In this document: one piece after another, positions 10,223 through 20,483 of the stretch
Numbering within the stretch: position 1 is the stretch's first letter
How the letters are laid out: every line of letters starts with the position of its first letter
DNA from: a virus
Taxonomy: Duplodnaviria > Caudoviricetes
Length of the DNA: 64,000 nt
IMG/VR virus record: IMGVR_UViG_3300032292_000698
Coordinates: 36,984 to 100,983 of that record
Direction: 5' to 3' (one strand)
Notes under the pieces: model-generated
Databases searched by the model: none
Seen by the model: only the letters and a program-made list of their open reading frames with translations
Told to the model about the DNA's origin: nothing
Program-made: the position numbers and the translations under genes

Positions 10223-11169
10223 AAATTTCAATCATCGGACCAGGCATCATGCCAATTCCACCCAAAGGTTGGGGTGCTGTAGAATCTCTCATTTGGGACT
10301 ATAACATCGAACTCAAGAATTTAGGCCACGATGTACAAATCGTCAATACACAGAACCAACAAGAAATTGTCAATCAAGTCAATTCTTTTAACCCCGATTT
10401 TGTTCATCTACAATATGATGATTTGTACAATGTGATGCCTTATATTAACTGTAAACACAAGGCTGCAACAACACATTACGGTTATCTTGAACAACCACAT
10501 CGTTATGGCGGATACGGTAGAGTGTTTTCAGCATTCCTTCAAGGCGATTTCAACATCATTTGTTTATCAGAAGGAATCAAAAAAGTATATAAGCACTACG
10601 GCGTCAATGAAAATAGACTATATGTGGTTGGCAATGGTGCAAGAAAAGATCTGTTTAGATACACTGATGCTGCCCCAACCAAACAGGACAAAAGCGTATA
10701 TCTAGCAAAAATCACTGACAGAAAACGTCAATGGTTGTATCAAAATATCAATGATATCGATTTCGTTGGCAACAAAGATGACATTAGATTCAATTTTAAT
10801 CGAAGTAACTATCTTGGTGAGTGGGATAAAGACACGTTGTATCACAACCTCACAGATTATGCCAATTTGGTTTTGTTGAGTGATGGTGAAGCAGATCCAC
10901 TTGTTACCAAAGAAGCTCTTATTGCGGGTCTTGGTGTTGTTGTTTCAGAGTGTTCTACTGCAAACTTGGATTTATCCAAGCCGTTTATTAACGTGATACC
11001 CGAAGACAAAATCTATGATTTGAACTTTGTTCGTGGAGTTATCGAAACAAACAAACAAGAATCGTTGAAACGTCGTAATGAGATTAGAGAGTACGGAATT
11101 CAAAACTTTGCATGGGAAAACGTAGTGCAAAAATACATGAATGTTGTAAATCAAATTATTTCAAAATAA
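10219..11169 (+). CDS. GT4 glycosyltransferase
   Basis: IPPKGWGAVE, RKRQ and SDGEADPLVTKEALIAG (E-x7-E). Confidence 0.85.
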   Translation: MKISIIGPGIMPIPPKGWGAVESLIWDYNIELKNLGHDVQIVNTQNQQEIVNQVNSFNPDFVHLQYDDLYNVMPYINCKHKAATTHYGYLEQPHRYGGYGRVFSAFLQGDFNIICLSEGIKKVYKHYGVNENRLYVVGNGARKDLFRYTDAAPTKQDKSVYLAKITDRKRQWLYQNINDIDFVGNKDDIRFNFNRSNYLGEWDKDTLYHNLTDYANLVLLSDGEADPLVTKEALIAGLGVVVSECSTANLDLSKPFINVIPEDKIYDLNFVRGVIETNKQESLKRRNEIREYGIQNFAWENVVQKYMNVVNQIISK

Positions 11170-11172
11170 GTT

Positions 11173-12261
11173 ATGTACGATTATGTTATTGTTGGCAGCG
11201 GCATGTTTGGATCAGTTTGTGCACACGAACTAACTAAAAAAGGAAACAAATGTTTGGTTTTGGAAAAACGTAACCATATTGGTGGCAATTGTTATACTGA
11301 AAATAAAGATGGTATCAACATTCACAAATATGGTGCTCATATTTTCCACACATCCAATAAAGAAATTTGGGATTACATTAATCAGTTCGCCCAATTCAAC
11401 AACTACGTTAACAGAGTTAAGGTAAACTACAAAGATGTCTTATACTCATTTCCTATTAACTTGTTTACACTACATCAACTTTATGGTGTAACTACTCCTG
11501 AACAAGCTAAACAAAAGTTGGAAGAAGTACGTGTAAAGAATGACAATCCAAACAATTTGGAAGAGTGGATAATTTCACAGGTTGGTGTAGACATTTATGT
11601 CAAATTCATCAAAGGATACACCACCAAACAATGGGGACGACATCCTATGGATCTACCCGCATCCATAATTAAACGTCTTCCAATTCGATTCAATCACGAC
11701 GATAACTACTACAACGATCCCTATCAAGGCATTCCTATCGGTGGATATACCCAGATATTTGAAAAAATGTTGAATGGTATTGAAGTCAAACTCAACACCG
11801 ACTATTTGGCAAATCGAAATGAATTTAATAAACTGGCGACAAAAAAAGTTATTTACACTGGTCCAATTGATGCTTTTTACAATTACGCATATGGTCAGTT
11901 AAACTATCGAAGTCTGAAATTCGAAACCGAACGTGTAGAAGTTCCAGATTATCAAGGAAACGCAGTAATCAATTATACTGAAACGTATATTCCCTACACT
12001 CGTATTTTGGAACACAAACATTTTGACTACGTTGATACTCCATATACCTACATTACAAAAGAATATCCAAGAGAATATGGAGAAGGTATGGAATCATATT
12101 ATCCAATTAACGATAAAGTAAACACTCCTACCTACGACAAATATAAAGCATTGACAGACTCAGAGACCAAATATATCTTTGGCGGTAGATTGGCTGAATA
12201 TCGTTATTACGACATGCATCAAGTCATCGGATCTGCTCTTCACACCTGTAAAAAACTATGA
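11173..12261 (+). CDS. glf: UDP-galactopyranose mutase
   Basis: VGSGMFG FAD loop, HIGGNCY, HKYGAHIFHT, YQGIP, RILEHKHF and GRLAEYRYYDM. Confidence 0.97.
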   Translation: MYDYVIVGSGMFGSVCAHELTKKGNKCLVLEKRNHIGGNCYTENKDGINIHKYGAHIFHTSNKEIWDYINQFAQFNNYVNRVKVNYKDVLYSFPINLFTLHQLYGVTTPEQAKQKLEEVRVKNDNPNNLEEWIISQVGVDIYVKFIKGYTTKQWGRHPMDLPASIIKRLPIRFNHDDNYYNDPYQGIPIGGYTQIFEKMLNGIEVKLNTDYLANRNEFNKLATKKVIYTGPIDAFYNYAYGQLNYRSLKFETERVEVPDYQGNAVINYTETYIPYTRILEHKHFDYVDTPYTYITKEYPREYGEGMESYYPINDKVNTPTYDKYKALTDSETKYIFGGRLAEYRYYDMHQVIGSALHTCKKL

Positions 12262-13163
12262 AAGTACAAATTGTTACACATCTGTTGCCTCATGAACTTG
12301 ACGAATTTGAACGTCAATTGACTGTATTGAGTCAAGAAATCATCGGAGAAACTGAAGTCACTTTGGATGTAACATTAAACCTCAATACGGTTGACTGGGA
12401 TAAAACTCAGATTCCAAAAAACTTCTTCGTGGATAAGTTTGAGGCATTAACTCAGTACGTCACTAAAACATCATGGGCAAGAAACCATATTTTTGACGTT
12501 GATGATCATGGAACGTGTCGAGGAATCAACGACAAACGTCGTAACAGCATTAGAAAGTATGCAGATCAAGTGGACGCATTCATTTACCTTGATTCTGATT
12601 TGGTGTTTCCGTCTGGCATTTTAGCATATTCAATTCATTGTGCACAACAAATCAAGAATGACTATTATATTGTTTCTCCTCAGATAACCAAAATCTGGGA
12701 TCAAACGTGGGATCATTTGGTCAACCATCAATTTGTCAACAACAAATACGGCAGTGAAAAGATAATCAATCCGTATTTTGAAGTCAACCGTAAATCATAC
12801 GTCGATAGTGTTAATCTAATCAAATGTAATCCTATCAAGTTTGGTGGTGGTTGGTTCAATATGATCAGTTCTAATCTTCTTAAGTTCACCGACATTCCTG
12901 ATGTACTCGGACCATATGGTGTTGACGACACCTTCGTCATGTTTGCTGCTCAAATAATGAAACTTAATGGCGTAAAACTAGAACAATATTTGATGGAGAA
13001 CATCATCGTCGCTGAAAACTATTCTTTGAGACACAATCCGTACAAAAACTATGTGACTTACTTTGAAGATCGAAACAACTTCAAGAGTAAGGCCGAGGCA
13101 GCGTTGGGCGATTGCCTAAGAGACTTTGTTAACAAAAACCAATACTCATTCAAACAACTATGA
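12258..13163 (+). CDS. GT-A/GT2-like glycosyltransferase
   Basis: FIYLDSD (DxD), KFGGGWF and YGVDDTF. Confidence 0.65.
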   Translation: MKVQIVTHLLPHELDEFERQLTVLSQEIIGETEVTLDVTLNLNTVDWDKTQIPKNFFVDKFEALTQYVTKTSWARNHIFDVDDHGTCRGINDKRRNSIRKYADQVDAFIYLDSDLVFPSGILAYSIHCAQQIKNDYYIVSPQITKIWDQTWDHLVNHQFVNNKYGSEKIINPYFEVNRKSYVDSVNLIKCNPIKFGGGWFNMISSNLLKFTDIPDVLGPYGVDDTFVMFAAQIMKLNGVKLEQYLMENIIVAENYSLRHNPYKNYVTYFEDRNNFKSKAEAALGDCLRDFVNKNQYSFKQL

Positions 13164-13504
13164 TAGACCTTTTAAACACGATTTGCGCAGGAGTCATCAT
13201 GTTGATTGTATGGTTTCATACTGAAGCATTTATTGAATACAGCAAGTTGTTTGGACTTGCCAGATTATTCAAAATTGATGAATTTGAAAAGGCATACGAC
13301 AACGACTTTACACTAGAGTATTTGTTGTGGATAAAATCGACACATCCAAACTTTTTTACACGACTGATAAACTGTCCATGGTGTATTGGTTTTTGGCTTA
13401 CAGTATTAAATTGTTTATTTTTCTCTACAATTTATCTATTTCCAGTAATTTACGTGTTGACAATTGTTATATATCTAATAATCGTTAACAAATTTTTGAA
13501 GTAA
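13160..13504 (+). CDS. small membrane protein with CPWC motif (DUF1360-like)
   Basis: Hydrophobic N- and C-terminal segments, with LINCPWCIGFW. Confidence 0.6.
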   Translation: MIDLLNTICAGVIMLIVWFHTEAFIEYSKLFGLARLFKIDEFEKAYDNDFTLEYLLWIKSTHPNFFTRLINCPWCIGFWLTVLNCLFFSTIYLFPVIYVLTIVIYLIIVNKFLK

Positions 13505-13507
13505 ATT

Positions 13508-13804
13508 ATGACCTTGGTCCAGAATTTCAGTGAGTTTTACAACATACTCAAAACGCATGCAAATATTCCCAACAGTGTTCCTGCATTAAGAGAATATGTG
13601 TTGTTGGTAGAATCTTTCAAATCCACATGCAGTTGTAACCGAGGTGGTGAAAAACAAAGACTAAAAAACGAATGTGAAAACCGTTATCGACTACTTGTAA
13701 CAAACGAAGTTGCTAACAACATCAATTTGTTTCATAGTTCGTTGGGTGCCAATCACATTCGTTTTGTTTATAACAACGCTCTTATCAAAGAATTTAGTCT
13801 CTAA
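13508..13804 (+). CDS. hypothetical protein
   Basis: 98 aa ORF tightly packed at the end of the operon, with a CSC motif. Its stop overlaps the convergent gene. Confidence 0.65.
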   Translation: MTLVQNFSEFYNILKTHANIPNSVPALREYVLLVESFKSTCSCNRGGEKQRLKNECENRYRLLVTNEVANNINLFHSSLGANHIRFVYNNALIKEFSL

Positions 13805-15128
13805 ACACGTAACCATCACGTGTTAGTATAATTCTTGGATCTTCTCTCAAAGCATTTCTATAAGGGGTAAACGATATTTGTCGTCCCCAATTCAAATAAT
13901 CCAAAATGTCCCGTTTGGAAACATAGTGCTTTTCTTTGATGTAATTCACAATATCGGTATAAGCCTTACTGCGTTTTACTGTTTCATATTCATCCAGAAT
14001 ATTCCAATTGTTAAACCACGAATTAACAGTGTTTGCCCACTTCAAATTGTTCGTGATCTTCTTCATTAGTGCCAAATTGTCAGTCTTAAAGGACTTGTTA
14101 TCCAAAGCAGCTTCCAACTTGTTCAAAAACTCAGCCTCATTTTCATAAAACAATGGATAATCATGTCCAACCATTTCAGGATAACACAACTTATTGGGAA
14201 GTAAATATGGCAACCCACGACTCAATCCATCGGTAACTGAAATAGACCAAGCAGAATAGGTCTGGAAGTATCCTACACCCACATGCATCTGTTTAATGAA
14301 GTCATAATAACGATCACGATCCAGTTCAACTTTCTTGATATATGGACGACACTCTTCTGCCAAAGTAACGTAGACAGTAAAGTCCTGACGCTTCTCATAC
14401 AGTTTGTCCATAACCTTTAGAAATTCATTCCAACCAGTATATTCGTTGGGACGATGATTGAAGAAAATAGACTTGTTGATCAATCCAATACCTTCAAAAT
14501 CAGTATCAGTTCCCAAATAATGAGGTTGAATGATTTGATTGAGCTTCTTGACCACCGAGATATTGAAATGTTCAGCAGCACGTTCCAATACCAGAGTCTT
14601 TAGCCACTGTGAATTGACTCCACATTGTTCCATTTCAAGCGTACCAAGAACGTTCATATCAAACACATTCTTAGCGTATCCGGTATTTTCTTTCACCTCA
14701 TACCAATGACAATATCCAACAATCTTTGGCTTGATACCAGCATTGTTGAAAATGTAGTTAGATAGTTGAAGAGTTTGTTCTGGTAGATGTGAGTAGATTA
14801 CATCATAATCTTTGTTATATAGATCAAGTATATTTGCAACTTTATCCACATCAAAATGAACTCGCATTGAATTCGGATAAGTAGGGAACTGATAGTGTAA
14901 CTGTTCTGTATTTTCATACTGTAGACTTTTTACGTGGCGTGGTGTAACAATAGACCAAAAAATATCATCACGTACTTCATTTAAACTACGAATGATATTG
15001 GCAAGAACCACCACATAAGAGTCCTTTTCAAGGTTATCCGAGTAAGTAATGTTTGGCCAAACTAAAACTTTGTGTTTATATTCCTTGTATTGATTTTCCC
15101 AAACCGGTTCGAAAAATTTATTTATCAT
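13794..15128 (-). CDS. GT-B glycosyltransferase with putative C-terminal winged-helix domain
   Basis: [16 protein letters not shown] and [16 protein letters not shown] (GT4-like C-domain). The extra ~60 aa tail [28 protein letters not shown]...GYVF is HTH/wing-like. Confidence 0.75.
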   Translation of the reverse strand: MINKFFEPVWENQYKEYKHKVLVWPNITYSDNLEKDSYVVVLANIIRSLNEVRDDIFWSIVTPRHVKSLQYENTEQLHYQFPTYPNSMRVHFDVDKVANILDLYNKDYDVIYSHLPEQTLQLSNYIFNNAGIKPKIVGYCHWYEVKENTGYAKNVFDMNVLGTLEMEQCGVNSQWLKTLVLERAAEHFNISVVKKLNQIIQPHYLGTDTDFEGIGLINKSIFFNHRPNEYTGWNEFLKVMDKLYEKRQDFTVYVTLAEECRPYIKKVELDRDRYYDFIKQMHVGVGYFQTYSAWSISVTDGLSRGLPYLLPNKLCYPEMVGHDYPLFYENEAEFLNKLEAALDNKSFKTDNLALMKKITNNLKWANTVNSWFNNWNILDEYETVKRSKAYTDIVNYIKEKHYVSKRDILDYLNWGRQISFTPYRNALREDPRIILTRDGYVFRD

Positions 15129-16084
15129 AGATAACTAACTATAGTGTCATTGAGAGCATCAGTAAAGTTATAATATTTGATCTTACCAAACTTTTGTTCG
15201 TAATCAAACGTTTCAATAGAATATCTGAAATCATGCCCTTTTCTGTCATCAACATGTTCAAACCATTCCCAATCAAGTCTCTGATTCGTAATGTTTTCGT
15301 ATGTAGCCGCAATAAGATACATCAACTGTATGTTTGATATTTCATTATTTCCGCCAATCAAATATTGATTACCTATATCACCACGTTCCAATACATCCCA
15401 AACGCAGTTAACGTGATCCTTTACATAAATCCAATCACGAACATTTTCTCCATTTCCATAGATCGGAATTGGTTCTTTATTCTTCAACTTACGAATGCAA
15501 GTTGGAATGAACTTCTCAACATGTTGTCGAGGACCAAAGTTATTGCTACAATTAGTGACAATTGCAGGTAGTTTGTAGGTCTTGAAGTAGCTACGGACCA
15601 ACAGGTCACTTGCAGCCTTTGTGGCTGCATATGGACTGTTTGGCTTGTAAGGCGTATCAATGTTGAACGATGTTTCCTTTGCATTCAATGAACCATACAC
15701 TTCATCGGTTGAAATGTGAATAAACTTTTCAACCTTACCATAATCGTAGATAGCTTTAATCAAATTATAGGTACCCATAATGTTGGTCATAACAAACGGA
15801 TCTGGACTATAAATTGAATTGTCTACGTGAGTTTCTGCTGCAAAATTAACAACGTGGGTGATTTCAAACTTGTTCAATGTTTGCCACAATATGACACCAT
15901 CATTGATATCAGCGACATAATGCTTATACCTTGGATCCGTATTGAATCGTAGATCCTTGTTAGCCGCATATGTCAACTTATCAACATTAATGATGACTTT
16001 AACATCGGGATCACTGAGCAACTTTTCTATAAAGTGTGAACCAATAAATCCACAACCACCTGTAACCATTATATTTTTACTCAT
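15125..16084 (-). CDS. rmlB: dTDP-glucose 4,6-dehydratase
   Basis: [41 protein letters not shown] and DRKGHDFRY. Confidence 0.97.
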   Translation of the reverse strand: MSKNIMVTGGCGFIGSHFIEKLLSDPDVKVIINVDKLTYAANKDLRFNTDPRYKHYVADINDGVILWQTLNKFEITHVVNFAAETHVDNSIYSPDPFVMTNIMGTYNLIKAIYDYGKVEKFIHISTDEVYGSLNAKETSFNIDTPYKPNSPYAATKAASDLLVRSYFKTYKLPAIVTNCSNNFGPRQHVEKFIPTCIRKLKNKEPIPIYGNGENVRDWIYVKDHVNCVWDVLERGDIGNQYLIGGNNEISNIQLMYLIAATYENITNQRLDWEWFEHVDDRKGHDFRYSIETFDYEQKFGKIKYYNFTDALNDTIVSYL

Positions 16085-17340
16085 ACAATTTCAAATTTTG
16101 GACACGGAACAATAAAATGACCACCCGCCATCAAATATGGTGCTTCACGACGTTTGAATTCATCAATAAAATGCCAAGGCAAAATCAAAAGATAATCAGG
16201 ATTGGCCTTTCTCATTTCAGCTTCAGAATAAATTGGAATGTCGGTTCCAACAGTCCTCAATCCAAACTTATATGGACTACGTTCTGCTGCACCATCAATC
16301 AAAGATTTGTCCAGTCCAAAATACTGCAATAGAGTATTACCCTTGGTAGAAGCACCATATACCCAAATCTTCTTACCACGTTCCTTCTCTTGTTTAATGA
16401 AACTATAAGTCTTCAACTTCAACTCTTGAAGTTTGTGATAGAACTCCATGTAAAACTCAATAGTGTTTGCACCAATCTTGTTTTCATACTCCAAGATAGA
16501 GTTTACACGATATTGAGCAACATCACGATATGGTGCAGTGGCGAAAGAAGTGACCTTTGCGATATCTTTCTGTAGATAGACTCTGAATGATCCGCCATTG
16601 ACATCGTTCAACTCACAATCAACAATCTTGAACTTTGCCTTTTCAGCAACGTGCTTGAAGGAATGTAGAGAATAGTACATCAAGTGTTCATGACAAATGT
16701 TGTCGAATGCCATCTGTTGAATCATCAATGGAGTGTAACTCATTTGAACCACAAACATTCCTTCATCGTTCAATACTTGATACACTTCATTCAAGAACGC
16801 AACGGGGTCAGGCAGGTCATAGAACATCGCAATACACGTAATTACGTCACACTTACGTCCCTTGAAAATACTACGGTCAAATGCGTCCTTTGAGAAGTAG
16901 TCCTGAATCACTTGATCAGCGAACTTGACACTCTCCTTGGTGTATGAATCATCAGCAGGATCAATTCCCAACCTAGCATATGGTGTAGGAACATAACTCA
17001 ACAACGTTCCATCATTACATGCGATATCAAGCCACAGAGGTGTGTCAGACGGTGTATGTACATTTACACAACTATCCACCACGTTCTTCAGTTGGTTACG
17101 CATAGTTTGATTGGTACCGGAACGATACCAATATTGACCGTACATTTTGCTTGGGTCAGCACCTTGTTCCAATTGAACCAACTTTGATGTGGGTGAATAC
17201 ATCAACTTCATTTCAGACTTGTAGTCATTAGAAGGTTGCTTTTTGACAAAATTTGAAATAAACAAATTACCCAAGGTGAATAGTGGCACCAAAGGATCAT
17301 TTGCTACCCGACAAACAGAAACTTTTTCAGTATATTTCAT
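16081..17340 (-). CDS. NDP-hexose C-methyltransferase
   Basis: LDIACNDGTLL, FDNICHEHLMYY, NGGSFRV, YGASTKGNTLL and PDYLLILPWHF (TylC3/TcaB9-type C3-methyltransferase). Start taken at the ATG overlapping the upstream stop. Confidence 0.9.
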   Translation of the reverse strand: MKYTEKVSVCRVANDPLVPLFTLGNLFISNFVKKQPSNDYKSEMKLMYSPTSKLVQLEQGADPSKMYGQYWYRSGTNQTMRNQLKNVVDSCVNVHTPSDTPLWLDIACNDGTLLSYVPTPYARLGIDPADDSYTKESVKFADQVIQDYFSKDAFDRSIFKGRKCDVITCIAMFYDLPDPVAFLNEVYQVLNDEGMFVVQMSYTPLMIQQMAFDNICHEHLMYYSLHSFKHVAEKAKFKIVDCELNDVNGGSFRVYLQKDIAKVTSFATAPYRDVAQYRVNSILEYENKIGANTIEFYMEFYHKLQELKLKTYSFIKQEKERGKKIWVYGASTKGNTLLQYFGLDKSLIDGAAERSPYKFGLRTVGTDIPIYSEAEMRKANPDYLLILPWHFIDEFKRREAPYLMAGGHFIVPCPKFEIV

Positions 17341-18206
17341 TGTGATTTCCAATTATTTAAACAGTAATCCAGAGCTTCATCCACAGTTCTCATTTTGATT
17401 CCGGTTGACAACAATCGTTGATTGCTCATAACACAGTTAGAACGTGGAGTTTTTGCGGCTGTGGTATAAAACGATTCTTCGTTATCAAAAAATTCAAAGA
17501 TCTTATCTTTAGCGATAGTCTTTTGCATCATTTCAATAACTTGTTTTGTGGTTACAAAACCAGTATTAGTAACATTGTAAATACCATATGGTACTTGACG
17601 AGTAATAGTTTCAATACAAGCACTAACAAACTCTTGTTTATTAGATATAGAATTTTCTGCATCCAATAGTTTTTTATAATTCAACATTTTGGACAGATAA
17701 TTTCTAGGATTATCTACATCTTCAAATGGTATTCTCAATCTCCAGATATAGTGTTCAGGAGCATTTTTGATGATAATGTTCTCAGCCATAGCTTTAGTTC
17801 CACTGTAAAAGCTACAGTTGTTTTGTTCAAAACTAAAGTTAGGCGGATCCAATTCGGTAAACGGAGAACCATCACTACGTCGTCCTGTATAAATACATCC
17901 ACTGGATACATGTGCAAACGTAATGTTATTGTTTCCACAAAACTGTGACACCATTTGTGGTAATACCACGTTTCCATAAATGGTATTATGTTTGTCAAAT
18001 TCACACGCATCCACGTTTGGCTTACCTGTATACCCAGCACAATTGACAATGGTGGTCAACTTTAACGTTTTGTGCAATAGTTCCAACTGTGAATATGTAA
18101 TTTCCTTGGAAGGAACAAGACATGGACGCACGACATGTCCTTTTTGGAATAGTTGTTTGTAAAACTCTTTACCGATATAACCGGTAGAACCTAATAGTAA
18201 AATCAT
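17337..18206 (-). CDS. NDP-4-keto-6-deoxyhexose reductase / epimerase-reductase (RmlD / NRS-ER type SDR)
   Basis: LLGSTGYIG, NCAGYTGKPNVDACE, SSGCIY, FYSGTK (YxxxK) and WRLRIP. Confidence 0.88.
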   Translation of the reverse strand: MILLLGSTGYIGKEFYKQLFQKGHVVRPCLVPSKEITYSQLELLHKTLKLTTIVNCAGYTGKPNVDACEFDKHNTIYGNVVLPQMVSQFCGNNNITFAHVSSGCIYTGRRSDGSPFTELDPPNFSFEQNNCSFYSGTKAMAENIIIKNAPEHYIWRLRIPFEDVDNPRNYLSKMLNYKKLLDAENSISNKQEFVSACIETITRQVPYGIYNVTNTGFVTTKQVIEMMQKTIAKDKIFEFFDNEESFYTTAAKTPRSNCVMSNQRLLSTGIKMRTVDEALDYCLNNWKSQ

Positions 18207-18212
18207 AACCGA

Positions 18213-19064
18213 TCATATATATGATTGGATAGACTCCAAATAATTTCTATATTCCGACTTTGGTGTCTTTTCCATTAATTTAATAAACTGTTTTTTATCA
18301 ATAAACCCCTGATTTAAACAGTCTTCTTCAATACATGCAATCTTACATCCTTGACGTTCCTGAACGGTTTGTATGTAATTACTTGCCTGAGATAAAGTTG
18401 TTGGTGATCCCGCATCTAACCACACAGTTCCTTTTGGCATTTTTATCACATTCAAATTACCCTCTTCCATATATCTACGGTTGATATCTGTGATTTCATA
18501 TTCACCACGCTTGGAAGGTTTCAATACTCTAGCATATTCAATCACGTTCTTGTCGTAGAAATATAGGCCAGGAATCGCATATTTGCTTTTAGGCATCGTT
18601 GGCTTCTCTTCAATAGACAACGCCTTACCGTTGGAATCAAAATCAACTACACCATATTCTTGAGGGTTGTTGACTTTGTAAGCAAAAACAACTGCACCAG
18701 TGAAATCAACCTTCATACGGTTGAATCCGTGAAACACGTTGTCACCTAAAATCAAACAAACACTATCATTGCCGATAAAGTCTTCAGCGATCAAAAAAGA
18801 TTGTGCAATACCATCTGGTTTGGGTTGTACTTTATAGGTAAAATTCAACCCCAAACGTTCACCATCACCAAATAACTTTTGATACAACGGAAGAAAATCA
18901 TATGATGATATGATGCAAATGTCTTTGATTCCGCAAGAAATCAATGTTGATAGTGGATAATAAATCATCGGCTTATCAAATATTGGCAACAATTGTTTGT
19001 TAACAACTGTTGTCAACGGATATAACCTAGATCCAGTTCCACCAGATAAAATGATTCCTTTCAT
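18213..19064 (-). CDS. rmlA: glucose-1-phosphate thymidylyltransferase
   Basis: GGTGSRLYPLT, KQLLPIFDKPMIYYP, LGDN, EEKP, RGEYEITD and WLDAG. Confidence 0.97.
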   Translation of the reverse strand: MKGIILSGGTGSRLYPLTTVVNKQLLPIFDKPMIYYPLSTLISCGIKDICIISSYDFLPLYQKLFGDGERLGLNFTYKVQPKPDGIAQSFLIAEDFIGNDSVCLILGDNVFHGFNRMKVDFTGAVVFAYKVNNPQEYGVVDFDSNGKALSIEEKPTMPKSKYAIPGLYFYDKNVIEYARVLKPSKRGEYEITDINRRYMEEGNLNVIKMPKGTVWLDAGSPTTLSQASNYIQTVQERQGCKIACIEEDCLNQGFIDKKQFIKLMEKTPKSEYRNYLESIQSYI

Positions 19065-19720
19065 AGGTTTGCACGTTTGTAAATTTCTCTTACTGCGTCA
19101 TTCAAATACTCTTCTTTGAGAATTTCTTCGTAAGTTTTACCTTCGGTGCTAACGTGTTTCCATTCCAAACAATAATCAGCAGCAGCCTTCACCTTGGGGT
19201 CATTCCACCGTTCATGATCGTTTGCTGGTTCGATATAGACTTTGACGTTCTTGTCGTATTCTGGCCGTACTCTGCGTTCATGTGGAGGAAATCCATACGT
19301 GTACTTGGAAACGTGAATCAAGGAGCCATTCAATTCGTTCTGAATCCAGTGTACTTCATCCTTGGGATAGAAGTTATATCGGATATCAGTGATGAAGATG
19401 ATGTCAGAATCATCCGATTCCATCTGACGTTGTAACTTTTCAGTCCAATATCTTCCTTCGGTTTGTTTGCGTTTTACGTCACCATACCACACAAGCATAT
19501 CTCGAAAGACTTTCTTGTCTTCTGAGTTTTCAGTGAACACATCCAGTCCCAACTTATCTTGAATGAATTCTTTACAGTCATTCTTGAGATTGTAAGCCAA
19601 AGCGTATGAACTACACTTGTAGCCATATTCTTCAGTCAAAATCTTTTTTGAAATGTCACAAAATAAGTTCTTTCCAGATCGTGCAACTCCAGAGATACCA
19701 ATATAACGTTTAGTTTTCAT
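19061..19720 (-). CDS. deoxynucleoside monophosphate kinase (T4 gp1-like)
   Basis: IGISGVARSGKN P-loop, R...YGD..R, YW and ITDIRY..E. Confidence 0.8.
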   Translation of the reverse strand: MKTKRYIGISGVARSGKNLFCDISKKILTEEYGYKCSSYALAYNLKNDCKEFIQDKLGLDVFTENSEDKKVFRDMLVWYGDVKRKQTEGRYWTEKLQRQMESDDSDIIFITDIRYNFYPKDEVHWIQNELNGSLIHVSKYTYGFPPHERRVRPEYDKNVKVYIEPANDHERWNDPKVKAAADYCLEWKHVSTEGKTYEEILKEEYLNDAVREIYKRANL

Positions 19721-20228
19721 TATCCATTAACTTTTCTACTTCTTTTTCTGTCAAACCGTATGCCTTGCATATATTGATCATCTCATTCAAACCAGCGTCT
19801 GTCTGAATTAAAATTTCAGCATATTCTTCAGCTTCAGATGACGAACATTCAAACCATCGTGCCAGTAGTTGATAAAATTCATCTGGAAATCTATTCTTAC
19901 CAGCTTTGATGTATTTGTTAAACTGATTGGTTTTAGGAATCGCTGATATGAGCAACGTATAAAAGTTCTTGGATGGTATAGTATCCTGATACTTTGAGAT
20001 ATACGACAATGTATCTAGGTTGGCTCTATCCATTGATAGAAACTTCAATATCATTACATGAGCAAAACTCTTTTTGTCAGCTTCGCTTAACGTATCAAAG
20101 TATTTTGGATTTTGTACACCTTTGATTTGATTCACATGATCGAACAATCCAACTGCTTTTACAGCAGGTTCATTCGATTCTTCTGAGACCTTTTTTGACT
20201 TCTTGGGAGATGATTTTTTTGTCGCCAT
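19710..20228 (-). CDS. clamp loader small subunit (T4 gp62-like)
   Basis: LFDHVNQI, MILKFLSM, FYTLL...IPK..F.KYIK and EAEEY pattern typical of gp62 homologues. Confidence 0.7.
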   Translation of the reverse strand: MATKKSSPKKSKKVSEESNEPAVKAVGLFDHVNQIKGVQNPKYFDTLSEADKKSFAHVMILKFLSMDRANLDTLSYISKYQDTIPSKNFYTLLISAIPKTNQFNKYIKAGKNRFPDEFYQLLARWFECSSSEAEEYAEILIQTDAGLNEMINICKAYGLTEKEVEKLMDNEN

Positions 20229-20481
20229 GATTTTTGTCTACCACCATTTTTAGTGATTTGATATCAGACGATAACACCTTCTGGTTGGTTAGTAAAGTTG
20301 TTATAGTCCGATTCATGTCGGTGGTATTTTCATCAACTATTTGTTTGTTATTGAGTAATGCCTTGTGAACCAGATATAAGTAAAATACCACTAGGACCAA
20401 TCCCAGTGGTATCGTAATCGGAAACTTATAGGTTAACAAAGACAATACTACCATTATGGCTAGTAGAATCTTGTGTATCAT
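20170..20481 (-). CDS. membrane protein with two N-terminal TM segments and a coiled tail
   Basis: Two hydrophobic N-terminal stretches. ATG is directly after the upstream stop. Confidence 0.6.
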   Translation of the reverse strand: MIHKILLAIMVVLSLLTYKFPITIPLGLVLVVFYLYLVHKALLNNKQIVDENTTDMNRTITTLLTNQKVLSSDIKSLKMVVDKNHGDKKIISQEVKKGLRRIE

Positions 20482-20483
20482 AA

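Noticed and set aside
591-19064. Bacterial chromosomal O-antigen/capsule locus
   Set aside because: No wzx/wzy/wzz/ABC exporter or initiating transferase. The cluster is flanked by dUTPase, dNMP kinase, clamp loader and tail genes, so it is phage-encoded.
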